64,000 nucleotides of DNA from Hydrolagus colliei (lineage: Eukaryota). The DNA lies in contig CM068754.1 of the NCBI GenBank assembly GCA_035084275.1, positions 15,004,001 to 15,068,000 on the forward strand. The letters are read 5' to 3'. How positions within the stretch are numbered: position 1 is the first letter of the stretch; each line of letters starts with the position of its first letter. The notes beneath the pieces are model-generated. The model searched no databases and was not told the origin of the DNA. It saw only the letters and a program-made list of their open reading frames with translations. The position numbers and the translations under genes are program-made. Below, in pieces: positions 1 to 11,728 of this stretch.

Positions 1-10
1 GGAAAAAGTG

Positions 11-46
11 AGTCAACGTTTCGGGTCCACGACCCCTTGTCAGAAC
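11..46 (-). mobile_element. Degenerate minimal hammerhead motif of Penelope-like repeat type
   Basis: Minus strand GTT-CTGACAA-G-GGGTC-GTG-GACCC-GAAAC-GTT-GAC; truncated by the window edge. Confidence 0.5.
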
Positions 47-458
47 AATTCTTAAAGTGCTTTCCTCGGAATAATTTTTTTTTAATTCCACACTCAAATG
101 TCTCCGTATGCAGCAGCATTTAAATGAGCACTGCTCTTAGTGGCAGAACAAGGAGGGAATGAAGGTATGCCATCCGTGAGGCATTGACCCAATTATGTAT
201 CCCAAACCTTTACTATTTAATAGATTTCCATGCTCACAGAACAATCTGTAGAAGGGCTGCCTCCACTGAACCCAGGAGACAGACATTTCATTCTGTAGGT
301 TTGGACAAACACACACTCAGATAGCATTAACCTATATTTCAGCTTCAAACGAGCGGTGAGCTTAGAGGCTGGGGTTGGAATGAGCTGGAGCTCAGTTCAC
401 CAGGAACCGAACTGTGCACCCAACACTTCAAGATGCTCACACTTGCTTGGAAATTCCT

Positions 459-784
459 GAGCTCCTGTAGCTCAGTGGTTAGAGCACTCGCCTTACTCGC
501 CAAGTGTGAGACCTGTGTTCAAATCCAGGCAGGTCAGGGCGAAACCTTGGGCAAGTTTCCTTACTCCACATGCCTAATAATAATAATCTGTCCAAAAAAA
601 CACAATAATAAAAATTGGTCATTTTCAATCCACGACTGTTTGTGGGACACTTCTGTGTGCAATTGGCTGCCGCGTTTCGCCCACAAATACACAGTCAATT
701 CACTTTACAGTATATTTTGTGAAGCGCTTTGAGACATCGATAAGATGTGAAAAGGGCCATATCTAATGCAAGGATTATTATTAC
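459..784 (+). mobile_element. Full-length tRNA-derived SINE with L2-type 3' tail
   Basis: A box TAGCTCAGTGG, B box GTTCAAATCC, body shared with many copies in the window, (TAT)n tail. Confidence 0.9.
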
Positions 785-1048
785 TCCTGGCTCCGGCCTC
801 CTGCTTTGCCCTCGTCCCTTCAGCTCCACCGTCAGCTTTTAGATACTACCCCCCCCCCCCCCCCCCCAAAAGCTTTGGAAGTCTCTTCCTCGATCCCTCC
901 GCCTTGCCCCTCTTTCCCCATTTGCGCCTGAAGATCTGCCTCTTCGGCGATGCTGGCAGTTACCTCAGTGTCAGGCTCTGCCACTGTTGAGAGCTCTGAG
1001 ACACTATTCTGTATGAAGGGCACTCTGCGCAAGTTGTTGTTGTTGTTC
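785..1048 (+). mobile_element. L2 LINE 3' fragment
   Basis: Degenerate AFRYY-P-KLW-SLP-SLR..LKICLF followed by a (GTT)n tail. Confidence 0.75.
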
Positions 1049-1926
1049 TCTCATCGGGCTGAAGGGGGGGGGGAATCAAGGATAGTAACGTGCAAATGTC
1101 CAATTATATCACACGAGGGCCATACAAAGTTATTTCTAACCGGCGTTATTCACGACCGTGCCTTTCCGTCTCTGTATACTAAAGGAGAAGCCCATCAATG
1201 CGCTGATGAGAGATGTCTTTTCACAAGCAATAATGATTTGCACATAAAATACAGCATAACTTGCTGCAATAATTTGCCACATGATTATAGTAATTGAGTT
1301 TTCCTGATAACAATATCCCTCCATTCTGTGGCGTTGCACTCGCCACCATGATAACATTGAGTTTTTAATTCAATCAGCTGTTACCCCCCCTTTCAGTCGC
1401 ATCCAGATTGAAAGATGTGTAAAAAGTATTTTTTCCCAAGTGGATAATCTTCTTAGCGTAGCAGATTGCTAACTAATACATTATGCGAGGCATTGCTTAG
1501 CAACCATTTACTGCCTGGCAAAATTGGTGTTTCAAGCTTCCTTTATATATATATATAAATATATATATATACACACAGTATTGGGTAAAGGACAGCCTGC
1601 AGACCGCAAGAATTCATTTCAGATAAAATTAATACTTCAATTATGGCTGTGCAATTTAAATTGGTTGTAAGAGAAAGCAATTGCATATTAAATGTTGCAT
1701 ACATCAAAACGGCAACATTCAACAATGACCCTCAGGTTATAGTGGATCAATACAATCAGAACAGACCCTTTTGGTATTTTTTAAAAATGCATCCCCACCC
1801 CATTTATGATCAATATACCGATCGAAACAACTGCACATCATCCTGACTATATCATATCGTTAGCTAAGCCTCTGTAAGCATGGAATGGAAAGTGAAAGTT
1901 GCTTTCATCTGCATTGTTGCAAGTCA

Positions 1927-2209
1927 GTAAGGTTCCTTGCGCCACACGCCTGATAATAACTCCTCGACAAATAAACTGGTCATTTCAATCCCCCGACTGT
2001 TTGTGGGACACCGCCGTGAACAATTGGCTACCGCCCACAAATATTCAGTCAATTCACCGTTCAGTATATTCAGTGAACTACTTTGAGACGTCTAGAAGAT
2101 GTGAAAAGCGCTATATCAAATGCAAGGATTATTACTATTGTATCCAATGCAAATATTATTATTATATCAAATGCACCTATCATTATATCAAATGCAAGTG
2201 TTATTATTA
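1927..2209 (+). mobile_element. 5'-truncated SINE with tandemly reiterated 3' end
   Basis: SINE body plus about 4 copies of TATCAAATGCAA..TATTA. Confidence 0.85.
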
Positions 2210-2544
2210 AGTCTGCGCTGTGATCTTGGAAGTGCCTTTAGTGGAATACAATACATCTGAATTGGCGTCAGTCTAGGGTGGACATTGGGTCCACCGGTGG
2301 CAGATTTCAGCAAGATTTTTAAGCAGTATCTAAGGTAAGAGAGAAAGAGGCTATGTTTCCATTGAGTATTCCTTAAAGCAGCCATGTGATATTGATTTGT
2401 CACTGTAATGTGATATTTCATTATATTCTCATCGTGCCTGGCAATTGTTCGTGAAACAGCACAATGGAAATCTCACACTTGTGGTCTAACTTCGGATTTA
2501 CTCTATGTGTTTTATGCAGTGTTCAGGGCATATAAGAGGCTGCT

Positions 2545-2680
2545 TATGCCCTCAAGGCAGTACAGAAGAGAGCAATGGGGCTGATCCCCAGTATTAGATT
2601 GATGAGCAGTTAGAAACAACTCAGTTAGCTAGAGCTTTTCAGCCATGAAGCGTGTCTCAGAGGAGACCTCGTATATAAAG
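2545..2680 (+). mobile_element. Old CR1 LINE ORF2 C-terminal fragment
   Basis: Degenerate AVQKRA-LIP..LELFS..RGDL motif. Confidence 0.55.
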
Positions 2681-2754
2681 CTAAACGGAATAGAGAAAAT
2701 AATGCTCAAACGATGATTTTCAGATATGCTAGGGGCAATAGTTTCAGGGTTGTG

Positions 2755-2988
2755 ATAATAATAATAATAATCCTTGCATTTGATATACTGTAGCACTTTT
2801 CACATCTTATCGACGTCGCAAATTGCTTCACAGAATATACTGTAAAGTGAATTATATTTTTGTGGGTGAAACGCAGCAGCCAATCGTGCACAGCAGTGAC
2901 GCACAAACGGTCGTGGATTGAAATTACCAATTTAATTATTGTGTTTTTTTTGGGAGGGATTATTATTAGGCGTGTGGAGTAAGGAAAC
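2755..2988 (-). mobile_element. SINE, truncated
   Basis: Reverse complement of the SINE body and tail. Confidence 0.85.
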
Positions 2989-4932
2989 GATTCAGATTGA
3001 GACAGGTTTGTGAGTAAATCCAGTTGATTAAGGTGAGATACAGAGAAATACAAGCATGCTTATTTTTATTCAGTTGATGCAGCTGAGTATTTTACTGCGC
3101 TCTGGTTGATATTTCTCATATCCAAAATAAATACAACTCACTCTCAAGCGAAAGACCAGTCAGTCAACAGTGGAACGCAAAGCTACCATGTTTTGCTGAA
3201 ACTTTGCTGAATTGACCATTTTAATAGAATATTTCATTAGCAACAGCCAAGTTCCTGGTTCTCAAGTTATAGAGGAGAAACACGAAGTCTCCAGTGAGGA
3301 TATGGTACAAATTAAGAGTGAAGGAAACTCTCATGGAGATGAATCATCATTGGTGAGGTGCTCAGTATCTTGATGTTCCCAAGACTTAAAACCCCCAGTT
3401 TATAAATACAGTCATTGCCAATTTAGATCAAAATTTTAATACTTATTTTAAGGCTTATTTAAGATAAAATAAGTGTCTCATTCTTACTTTTTCACTTCTT
3501 TTGGGGGGATATTGCACTTTAAAAATCCTTCAGCCCCTAAACTGTACAGAACGCAGAAACTGAAGGGCAATAACCATCTTACCTTCTCTCTGTCTCTTCC
3601 CAACAGCTTAGTGAAAACCTCCAAGCGATGTGTTTTCAACCGGTAGTGTCGTTTATATTTAAGGATTACGTGTCAACGTAAAGTTGATATTCGGAATCAT
3701 TCCCTCCATTTCTCAGGTGAAGGTTTTTAACGGGAATGTTAGGAGCAGAATCCAGCAGAAAGTTCCTGTTAACTTTTCAAGGAAGCGTCATTGCGACACA
3801 GAGTGCAATCGCTTCATATTTCCTGAAGGTCTTCACTCGCTGAAGGTTCGAAGATTGATGCCAGCGTCCAGCTGGCCTTTCTTCCAGGTCACTGGTCGGA
3901 AATCCAACTAATGTATGAAGGTCCCACTTCGTTTGCTGTTGCGGAGTTACATCAACAAAACACCCAACAGGGGAGAACTCTCATTCCTAGGATAAACGAA
4001 GGCCTGCGGTTACTTGTTACTTTCCGTGATTTATTCTCTTGTCGCTCGCTGTAGTTAGGTGCAGACTCGCAGTCTGTTTGTCACTGCAGCAACAGGCTCT
4101 CAGACCCTTTTAGAAACTTGAGCCCACAAGGGAATGGGTTTCAATTACAGTGCTGATTTGAAGCACTAACCCAAGGACCAATTCTGGTGGATTAACAGAG
4201 GTCATGAATTATAAATCAGACCATTTGATGGTTGTATCACAAGGTTTTGTTGGTCTGGTGTGGAGTGGGCGGTGTATGGAGAGTGATGGAAGCTGGGCAA
4301 AGAAAGAATAATTCTAATGACAAGATTGTATATGGTGGATGGATGGATGGGTGGGGGGGAGGGAGGGAAGGAAGGAGGGAAGGAAGAAGGCCTGGAGTTT
4401 ATTGAAATGATAAAATAATGGGCAGTAAATTGGATTTCTTGCTGAGCTACTTAGTATAGAATACAAGACATCAATGGGAACATTAATCATCAGCATGATT
4501 GAGTGATGTGCTCCGGAACCTGGAGTTGTGGCTCGAGCTGCAACTGGAATTCAAATTGATGGGTTGATCCAGCTGTTTCATTCGATCAATAACTACTTTT
4601 GGAGATGGCGTAAAGGGAAACTCGAGGCTGCGTTTAATGCCTATGTGACCACGCCCAATTTCAGTTCTAAAGACTGGGGCCGATACACCAAACAACAACA
4701 ACAAAATTACACTTGGAATACAGTTGAACAGATGAAAAAATCTAAATGTTTCCCCCCCCCCCCCCCCCCCATTTAACAACAACAAATGTTTGCATTTATA
4801 TAAATTCCCTTCAAGTGAGTAGGGTCTGTGATCGCTGAATTGAAGATTTGGCAATATCAGTTAGAATGTTATCTACAATGTGTTCATACCCAGTGCCAGG
4901 TTGTTTATTCAGATGCTAACAGTTATTTCTCC

Positions 4933-5032
4933 AGCAAATATATAGTCAATTCACTTTTCAGTATATTCTGTGAAGCGCTTTGAGACGTCTAGAAGACGTG
5001 AAAAGCACAATATCAAAATGGAAGGATTATTT
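4933..5032 (+). mobile_element. SINE 3' fragment
   Basis: agtcaattcacttt...gaagcgctttgagacgtctagaagacgtgaaaag. Confidence 0.8.
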
Positions 5033-6226
5033 TTAGAAAAAGAACAACCGCACTGAATAGACAGGAATAGACTGCCTTCACCTTAAATTTGGTGTTAAAT
5101 TGACTTTGGTACCATTGATGTGCATGCTATTCTTCCGATGTGATAATCTCATGGCTAGACAGCACGCTTCTCTAAGGAACATACCACTAATACCAATGTC
5201 TGACACAGCCCAGACATCTAGATATTAAAAAAAATTTAAAAAAATTTATACCCATTTATCAAACCCAGAAAATCCTGACTTGCCAATGTTAACATTTCAT
5301 TTGCAAATTCAGCTGTACATAATGGTATCCAATCTCCTAGCAGAGAGACAAGTTATTATGGTATCTGGCTTTGATATTCCTTGTTCCAACAAGGTCAGTA
5401 AGCAGCCTTCCTCCGTGGCTCAATTGACATGCCATGGAAAGCTCCATTTTCTCAGCAACAAGTTTGTGATTAGAAGGGCCAGCCAGATATGTTAAACTCC
5501 AAATTTTACTATGAAATACGACAAGGTTTTCGTCCTTAAAATGCAATTTTAGTCTGCAACTCTGCAAAATTTATTGCACGGATTTTTGTAAAATTCTGCT
5601 TGTTCTCGCTGGAGGGGCTGGATGGAGTACAGTTCACTCCAGAAATGCAGTTTAAACTTTTTTCCCCCCCCTGTTTTCCCCTTCAAATTCCATTCAATTC
5701 AGCACAGACCCACAGAGACATAATCATTCCACATTTTTTGAATAAAGGGAAGGAGGGGGGGGCCCCTCTATTTAATGGCCCAGCAGATAATCATCCATGA
5801 AGTAAATTCATAGGTTAGGGCAAATGCAAGGAATTAGGTCATGTATAAATTAAGGCTACTTTTAATTAGGGTTATTTCATAAGATGCAATTTCATAAGAC
5901 CCAACAAAACTTGGTTGCCTGCCAGGTATGAGATCAGAGTCCGAACTTGTTGTAGGATTTGAAGTTCACTAACTTGGCTCAGTGCCCTGTTTTTACAATG
6001 GAAATTTGCAACACAAGAATTGCAGCACGTGTGAAAATAAAGGTGATGCACACACAGTACTCCTTTATGTTAACTTGTGCTATGGGCAAAAAAAAGTCTT
6101 GTCTACATACGAGTCCTGATCATTTAAAGATAACACACATTTAGCTCTACAATGTGTGGTTATTTAAGTCCTGAAATTGATTAACATAGAGAAACCCATA
6201 GAAAATATGACATGGTCCTATGTGAT

Positions 6227-6426
6227 GTAATCCTTGTATTTGATATAATGTTTTTCACATCTTCTAGACGTCTCAAAGCGCTTCACAGAATGTACTGTAA
6301 AGTGAATTGACTGTATATTTGTGCGCGAAACACGGCAGCCAATTGCGCACAGCAGTGTCCCACAAACAGTCGTGGATTGAAATGACCAATTTCTCATTGT
6401 GTTTTTTTTTTGGAGGGATTATCATT
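6227..6426 (-). mobile_element. SINE, truncated
   Basis: Reverse complement of the SINE body. Confidence 0.85.
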
Positions 6427-6740
6427 GTGTTTTTAAAAACAGGACAGTTGTGCATTTTGGGCTTGGAGCAATTCACAAACACTGTCATCCATTCGATTAT
6501 TTTTGAGATATTAAGTTCGCACTGAAGATAATGTATGCTTTTGCTACCAGTAAATGCTGTTCACCACACACAGGGAATTAAACACACACACACACAAATG
6601 TAAACGAGGATTGCTCTCTCAGACTTTGATGACATCAAATTCTTAAGTAGAGTATAATAAAAGTAGAAATTAAATCCTAATTAGAGAAATTAAATCCTGC
6701 ATACTGCTGTATTATTGAGGGGAGGGTGGGGGGAGTTATG

Positions 6741-7289
6741 ACAACAACAACAACAACAAATTACATTTATAGAGCGCCTTTCATGTCGGGAGGACGTCCC
6801 AAGGCGCTGCACAGGAGGCGTGTGACCCGAGCTGAGAGGGGAGTGTTTGGGAAGGGGTGAAACACGAAGGGGAGGTCGAAAAGTTCGGGGTGGAACAAAA
6901 GGCACGATCGAAGAGGAAAGTCTTCAAACCGGCCTTGAAAGAGGAAAGGGAAGAAACGAAACGGAGGGATTGAGGGATGGCATTCCACAGGGTGGGAGCG
7001 GAGAAACTGAAGGCCCGGCCTCCGATGGTGGGGCGGTTCGGGCGGGGGGCTTGGAGCAGGCCAAGTCCTGTTGAACGGAGGGTCCGGGTGGGCTTGTAGG
7101 GGGAAAGTAGATTGGTTAAATAGGGCGGGGCAAGGCCGTGTAAGGCCTTATAGGTGAGGACGAGGATCTTGAACTCGATCCTCTGGAGAATGGGGAGCCA
7201 ATGGAGATGGGCGAGGGTGGGGGTCATATGGTCGCGGAGGCGGGTACGGGATAATACACGGGCTGCAGAGTTTTGGATGAAACTCTGCA
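6741..7289 (-). mobile_element. Young 5'-truncated L2 LINE (ORF2 C-terminus and tail)
   Basis: Uninterrupted IQNSAARVL..HMTPTLAHLHWLPI.QRIEFKIL..AFSFSAPTLWN..FKAGLKTFLF, CpG-rich, (GTT)n tail. Confidence 0.92.
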
Positions 7290-7297
7290 TGACGTAT

Positions 7298-7466
7298 GAA
7301 ACAATAATAAATTGGTCATTGCAATCCACAACTGTTTGTGGGACACTGCTGTGCACAATTGGCTGCCGCATTTCGCCCACGTATATTCAGTCAATTCACT
7401 TTACAGTGTATTCCGTGAAGTGCTTGGAGACGTGAAAAACACTATATCAACAGCAAGGATTATTAT
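7298..7466 (+). mobile_element. SINE, truncated
   Basis: SINE body and tail. Confidence 0.85.
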
Positions 7467-9099
7467 GTATTCCGATTATTATTAAAATGCAAAATCCAAA
7501 AATAGAATTTCAGATGAAGAAAAACCTTCGTAGCAAGTATTACTTGGGAACACAAGCAAGCACTACCTTCATAAACCAGGAATAATATTCTGCGGGATGA
7601 GGAATGGAGGCTATATTTCACTCGCCATCATGATATCACATCCATTTCTCAAAATATTACAATGGGGAGTAGAATTTATAAACAACGAAACAGCCTGGGC
7701 AGCCACTGGTAACAGCCCCTCTCACAGTTGACTGTACAAGCAACAGAAAAATGCCACCAGGCTTCACGGGAGGATATTTCACCCTGTACTTTTCATCCCT
7801 GTCAAAAAAAGAAGTTAAAACGTTGGAGATTGCCAGCGTTTCCGCTCCACAAGCACAGCACACCTCCTACTGGCAATTCAGAAAGATGCAAGCGAGCTTA
7901 CAACGGACTGAAATGGGTTACGTCGTGCGTTAGAGATCAGAAACCGACCACTTAGCCAAACACGTCGGTGCCCGTGTTTATACTCCAATGAGCCTCAATT
8001 CACCTAATCTCTTCTCTACACTATTCCCTTCCCCCCAGTGCCTTGGGGACTTCCTCTGATGTGAAAGGCGCTGTACAAATGTAATTTGTTGTTGTAACGC
8101 ATCAAGCTTTCTCTTGCACCGCAGCTCCTAGTACTGAGTGCCACATTCTCAGCACATCTGTAGATAAAGCCGTTCATCCCAAACTCCCTTTGCATCTGCG
8201 AACTGGATATCTCACAAGCGTAAGTTTAAACAGGGATCACCGTGAAATTTTAGCGGAGAAATACGTTAACCTCGTTACATAAAGGCAAGAGGAATGATTC
8301 GTTGCAAAAAGGGGTGTGTGAGGGAAAGCAAATTCAACATAGAATGAGAAGGATCTTGCATTGACTTCCCGAAAAAGCCAGTATTATTAAACACTTTGGA
8401 TTATCCTTCCACTGTTGAAGGTGTGATATCAATACAAATTTCTATAAAGATTTCTGATAAAGTTCTCCATTTACCCAGTCCCCTTGCCCTTTCTCCGGAC
8501 CTGTCTGCGTCTTCAAATATTCATCTGATTCCTTTTCATAACCTTTCCTTTAATTATAATTCACGACATGATTGAAAGATGGCACAAAAAACATTGATTA
8601 CGAGCGCAGTTTTAGGCCTCGGAACATTGCCTGGTTAATGTCGTTCAGTAGAGTTTCATGTTAGGCAGATTCCGTCAGGCAAATGCACTCGGGAGTGAGA
8701 ATGCACAGATCACTTGGGGGCAAATGTTGATATTGATTCAAGACTGTAATGTGGCAGACCACGGGCTGTAAAACCAACAACAACAACCTTGATTTATATA
8801 GTGCCCTCAAGAGCGCTGCCCAGCGTGTGCAAGAATCCGATCGTTGCAAGCTGGGTTACAATCAGGAGGTACAGGCAGAGATTGGAAGGGTTGAACTACC
8901 ACAAAGTCAGGCATTGCTGGAAAAACTCCCCCCTCCCCCCCCCCCAATTAACTGGGAAAAGACCAGTCACGGCTGTCATCAGAGAGTTGCCAGACGTGGC
9001 AGAGAATTGCAGCGGCTTTTTGGTTGATTTACCAATGTGGTTTTCATGTCATGGGGTGTGAATGTTGCTCACCGACAACTGATCTTTGTCCCCTCTTAG

Positions 9100-9165
9100 T
9101 TCTAGGTGACAATGACTTCGATTTGGACTTGTCCGATGCCTTAGGCGACGTAACCTTGAAGCGAC
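9100..9165 (+). CDS. CD99L2: CD99L2 exon (LGDNDFDLDLSDALGDVTLKR)
   Basis: tag| acceptor (in-frame alternative start at 9106), C|gtaag donor, CD99 acidic motif. Confidence 0.85.
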
Positions 9166-11697
9166 GTAAGTTTTTTCCGCATTGCACGTGTTTCCTAGCG
9201 AGTTGCTGTTTCTCTGAAGCATTGCACTTGCAGGAGCAACAATTACTGTCTGAACACTTTTACCATTTGTACCCCATAAAACAGAATCGCCTCAAGTTCT
9301 TTTGATCTCAAAATGCACGGCATTACACATCCACATCACTACACCGTAACTTTGCGAAGCGCTTTGAGACATGATCGATGTTATAAACAACGTCGCGCCT
9401 TTGGTCACCTTTCTACCCCTGCCCCCTGGCTCGGTCCCGGGATCCGCTATTGTGAAGCGCTCTAAGACGCCACCTGGCGTGGAGGGCGCTATATAAATAC
9501 AAGTTGTCGTCGTCGTTGTTATGTCAATTTACAAAAGGTTTTTAAGATGGCGATCCTCAGTGTCACGATTTACCCAGCTTATTAAAGCAGGTATTAAAAC
9601 CCTTCAGTCACAAGACTCCAGCTGACTGGTCCTTCTTAAAATTTATGATCATGAAGGATTCGGACAAACGCCTAAAGTCGGTTCTCATCCGGACGCTGTT
9701 TTTCTGCAGTTCTTCATGCTCCTGAGTTAAATCTGAACTTGAGAATTTTGGGCGATTCTGCACAGTCTTACACTTGAAGGCAAGATGGGTTACAAGTTAA
9801 GACTTGGTGGAACTTCAGGCCTCCATTCCACTGAACGACACGACTCTAGGTTTTGGTGTATAAGATGAAAACCAGTAAAGTATGTCGGCCTCCAACATAA
9901 GCAATGATAACTGACCTCAATAAAAGATAATTACTGGAAATCGGAGCACAAAAGGTGGTGTTTGTCGGTTTGGTATAGTACATCAAACAAGAAGATATCA
10001 CTCTTTGTGATTCCACATTTTCCTCCAACCTGTTGACAAATACAAGTCAGTAATATATTGGCTAAGCGAGGGGTGCATATGTATTTATCTGAACACTTAA
10101 GTGCCAAAATCGCTTGTTTCAATAAATAATTTTCTCTGCTCTGATATTGAAAATTGAAGCAAGTTAGGGGTTGAACGTTTCTTGTGTTACTAAAAATCTT
10201 TTAAACTTTCCTCACTTCCCCTGCTAGAACAATAGCTTTGGTCATATTCCCTTACATCCGTGTCGGGAACGCAAGTTATAAAAAGCAAACATCTAGAGTC
10301 CTACTTACAAAAATAATCAAATACTGGAGGTTTGCTCAGGCGCCTATTACACACACACACACACACAGAGTGCCATTAAGTCAAAGTGCTTGCCAGCACC
10401 ATGTTACACAATGACAACAGGACTGAAAACAGCACAAGGATCGTTTCATTACTGATTAACCGCGCGGCGTTCCTTTCAGCCAAAGAGGGCAGCAAAACAT
10501 TACGAGAACCAGGCTGAACGAGTCCACTGGAGATGAGTCAATGGGAGTCACAGACACAGCTGCCAAAAATGGGATCCGCTCCTCTGCAGCCAAGCTTGCT
10601 CAAGGGAGCCAGCAGACTAGGGTTCCAGGGAAAACAAATTAACAGGAACAGGCAAACAAATCCAGTGTGTATAAGATATACGACATTTATTCACACCTCC
10701 AGATTGGGTAGGCTGCTCAGGCAGCGGGATCTACTCTAGTTTCCGCAGCTGGATTTCCCCCCTTGGCTCGAGAACCTGTTTTCATTGGATTGGAATGAGG
10801 ACCTGCCACTTAAGCGACAGGATCTTTTATTTCTTTAAAGCCTTCGCCCTCTCTGTAGGCCACCACCACCAACAACAACTTACAGTTATTATATAGCACA
10901 CCCCGCCCCCCTCCCCACGCAGGATGGAGTCCCAGAGCGCCAGAAACCGAACACACAAGAGCTACACTTATTTCTCAGCAACAGTCAACTAGGACGTACC
11001 TGATAGTAACTGTAGTAACTCCCCAAACCTGCTCAGCCTCCATCCATCCACCATATTCCCAGCACGAGGGATCACAGGCACACAGTTTTACCTAGTCTCA
11101 GGCTGTGAGGCTGTTTTATCCTCAGCAATCACACAGCCTTGTGGAAAATCCTTTTTTTATTTAAAAAAAAACTACAGTAAAAGCCCGTTTATCCGGGATC
11201 TGGCCAATGCCGGTTAAAGTGCATTTTTCCAGATAAATTCCGGTTAATCGAATGCGGACTTTTTTGGGGGATGCCGGTTATACGGAAGTTACGGTTGATC
11301 GGGTGCCGGATAAATGGGCTTTTTACTGTATTTGAATTTCGAAGCCTATTTTCGCGTGGGTTCAAAAAAAAAACGAACCCGGCTTCCAAACGAGAGCCGA
11401 CTTTTCCACTCTACAGCCCGAACCCAAACTCTAGGACAAAATGGTGGTACCGGCTTGAGACTAGGTGGAATTACGGGTCCCTGGTGTTTAATAAGGAGAG
11501 ACAGGAGAAGAGAGAACGCACACAGCAGATGCAGCCACTGGACATCAGTAGAAAACAGCTGGCAGTTGTCAATATGTGCTACTGAATGGACATATGCCCA
11601 ACGGCGGGTCACATACTCACATGCTATTGGGAAAAGCTTGATGTCTGATGCAAAAGTTAAAATTGTCTCTCTTGTGCATGTGCTCTTTCTCCCTCTG

Positions 11698-11728
<31 letters not shown>

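Noticed and set aside
459-535. tRNA gene (A and B boxes)
   Set aside because: No proper acceptor stem or terminator, and it continues into the SINE body; it is a SINE head. The same applies near 62860-62933.
832-1032. Acidic 66-aa ORF
   Set aside because: Antisense reading of an L2 3' fragment plus a poly-C run.
6781-7380. 199-aa ORF as a host gene
   Set aside because: C-terminus of L2 ORF2 fused by chance to antisense SINE sequence.
1-9099. CD99L2 exon 1 (signal peptide)
   Set aside because: No ATG plus hydrophobic leader with a phase-1 donor or CpG-island promoter was seen; probably upstream of the window.
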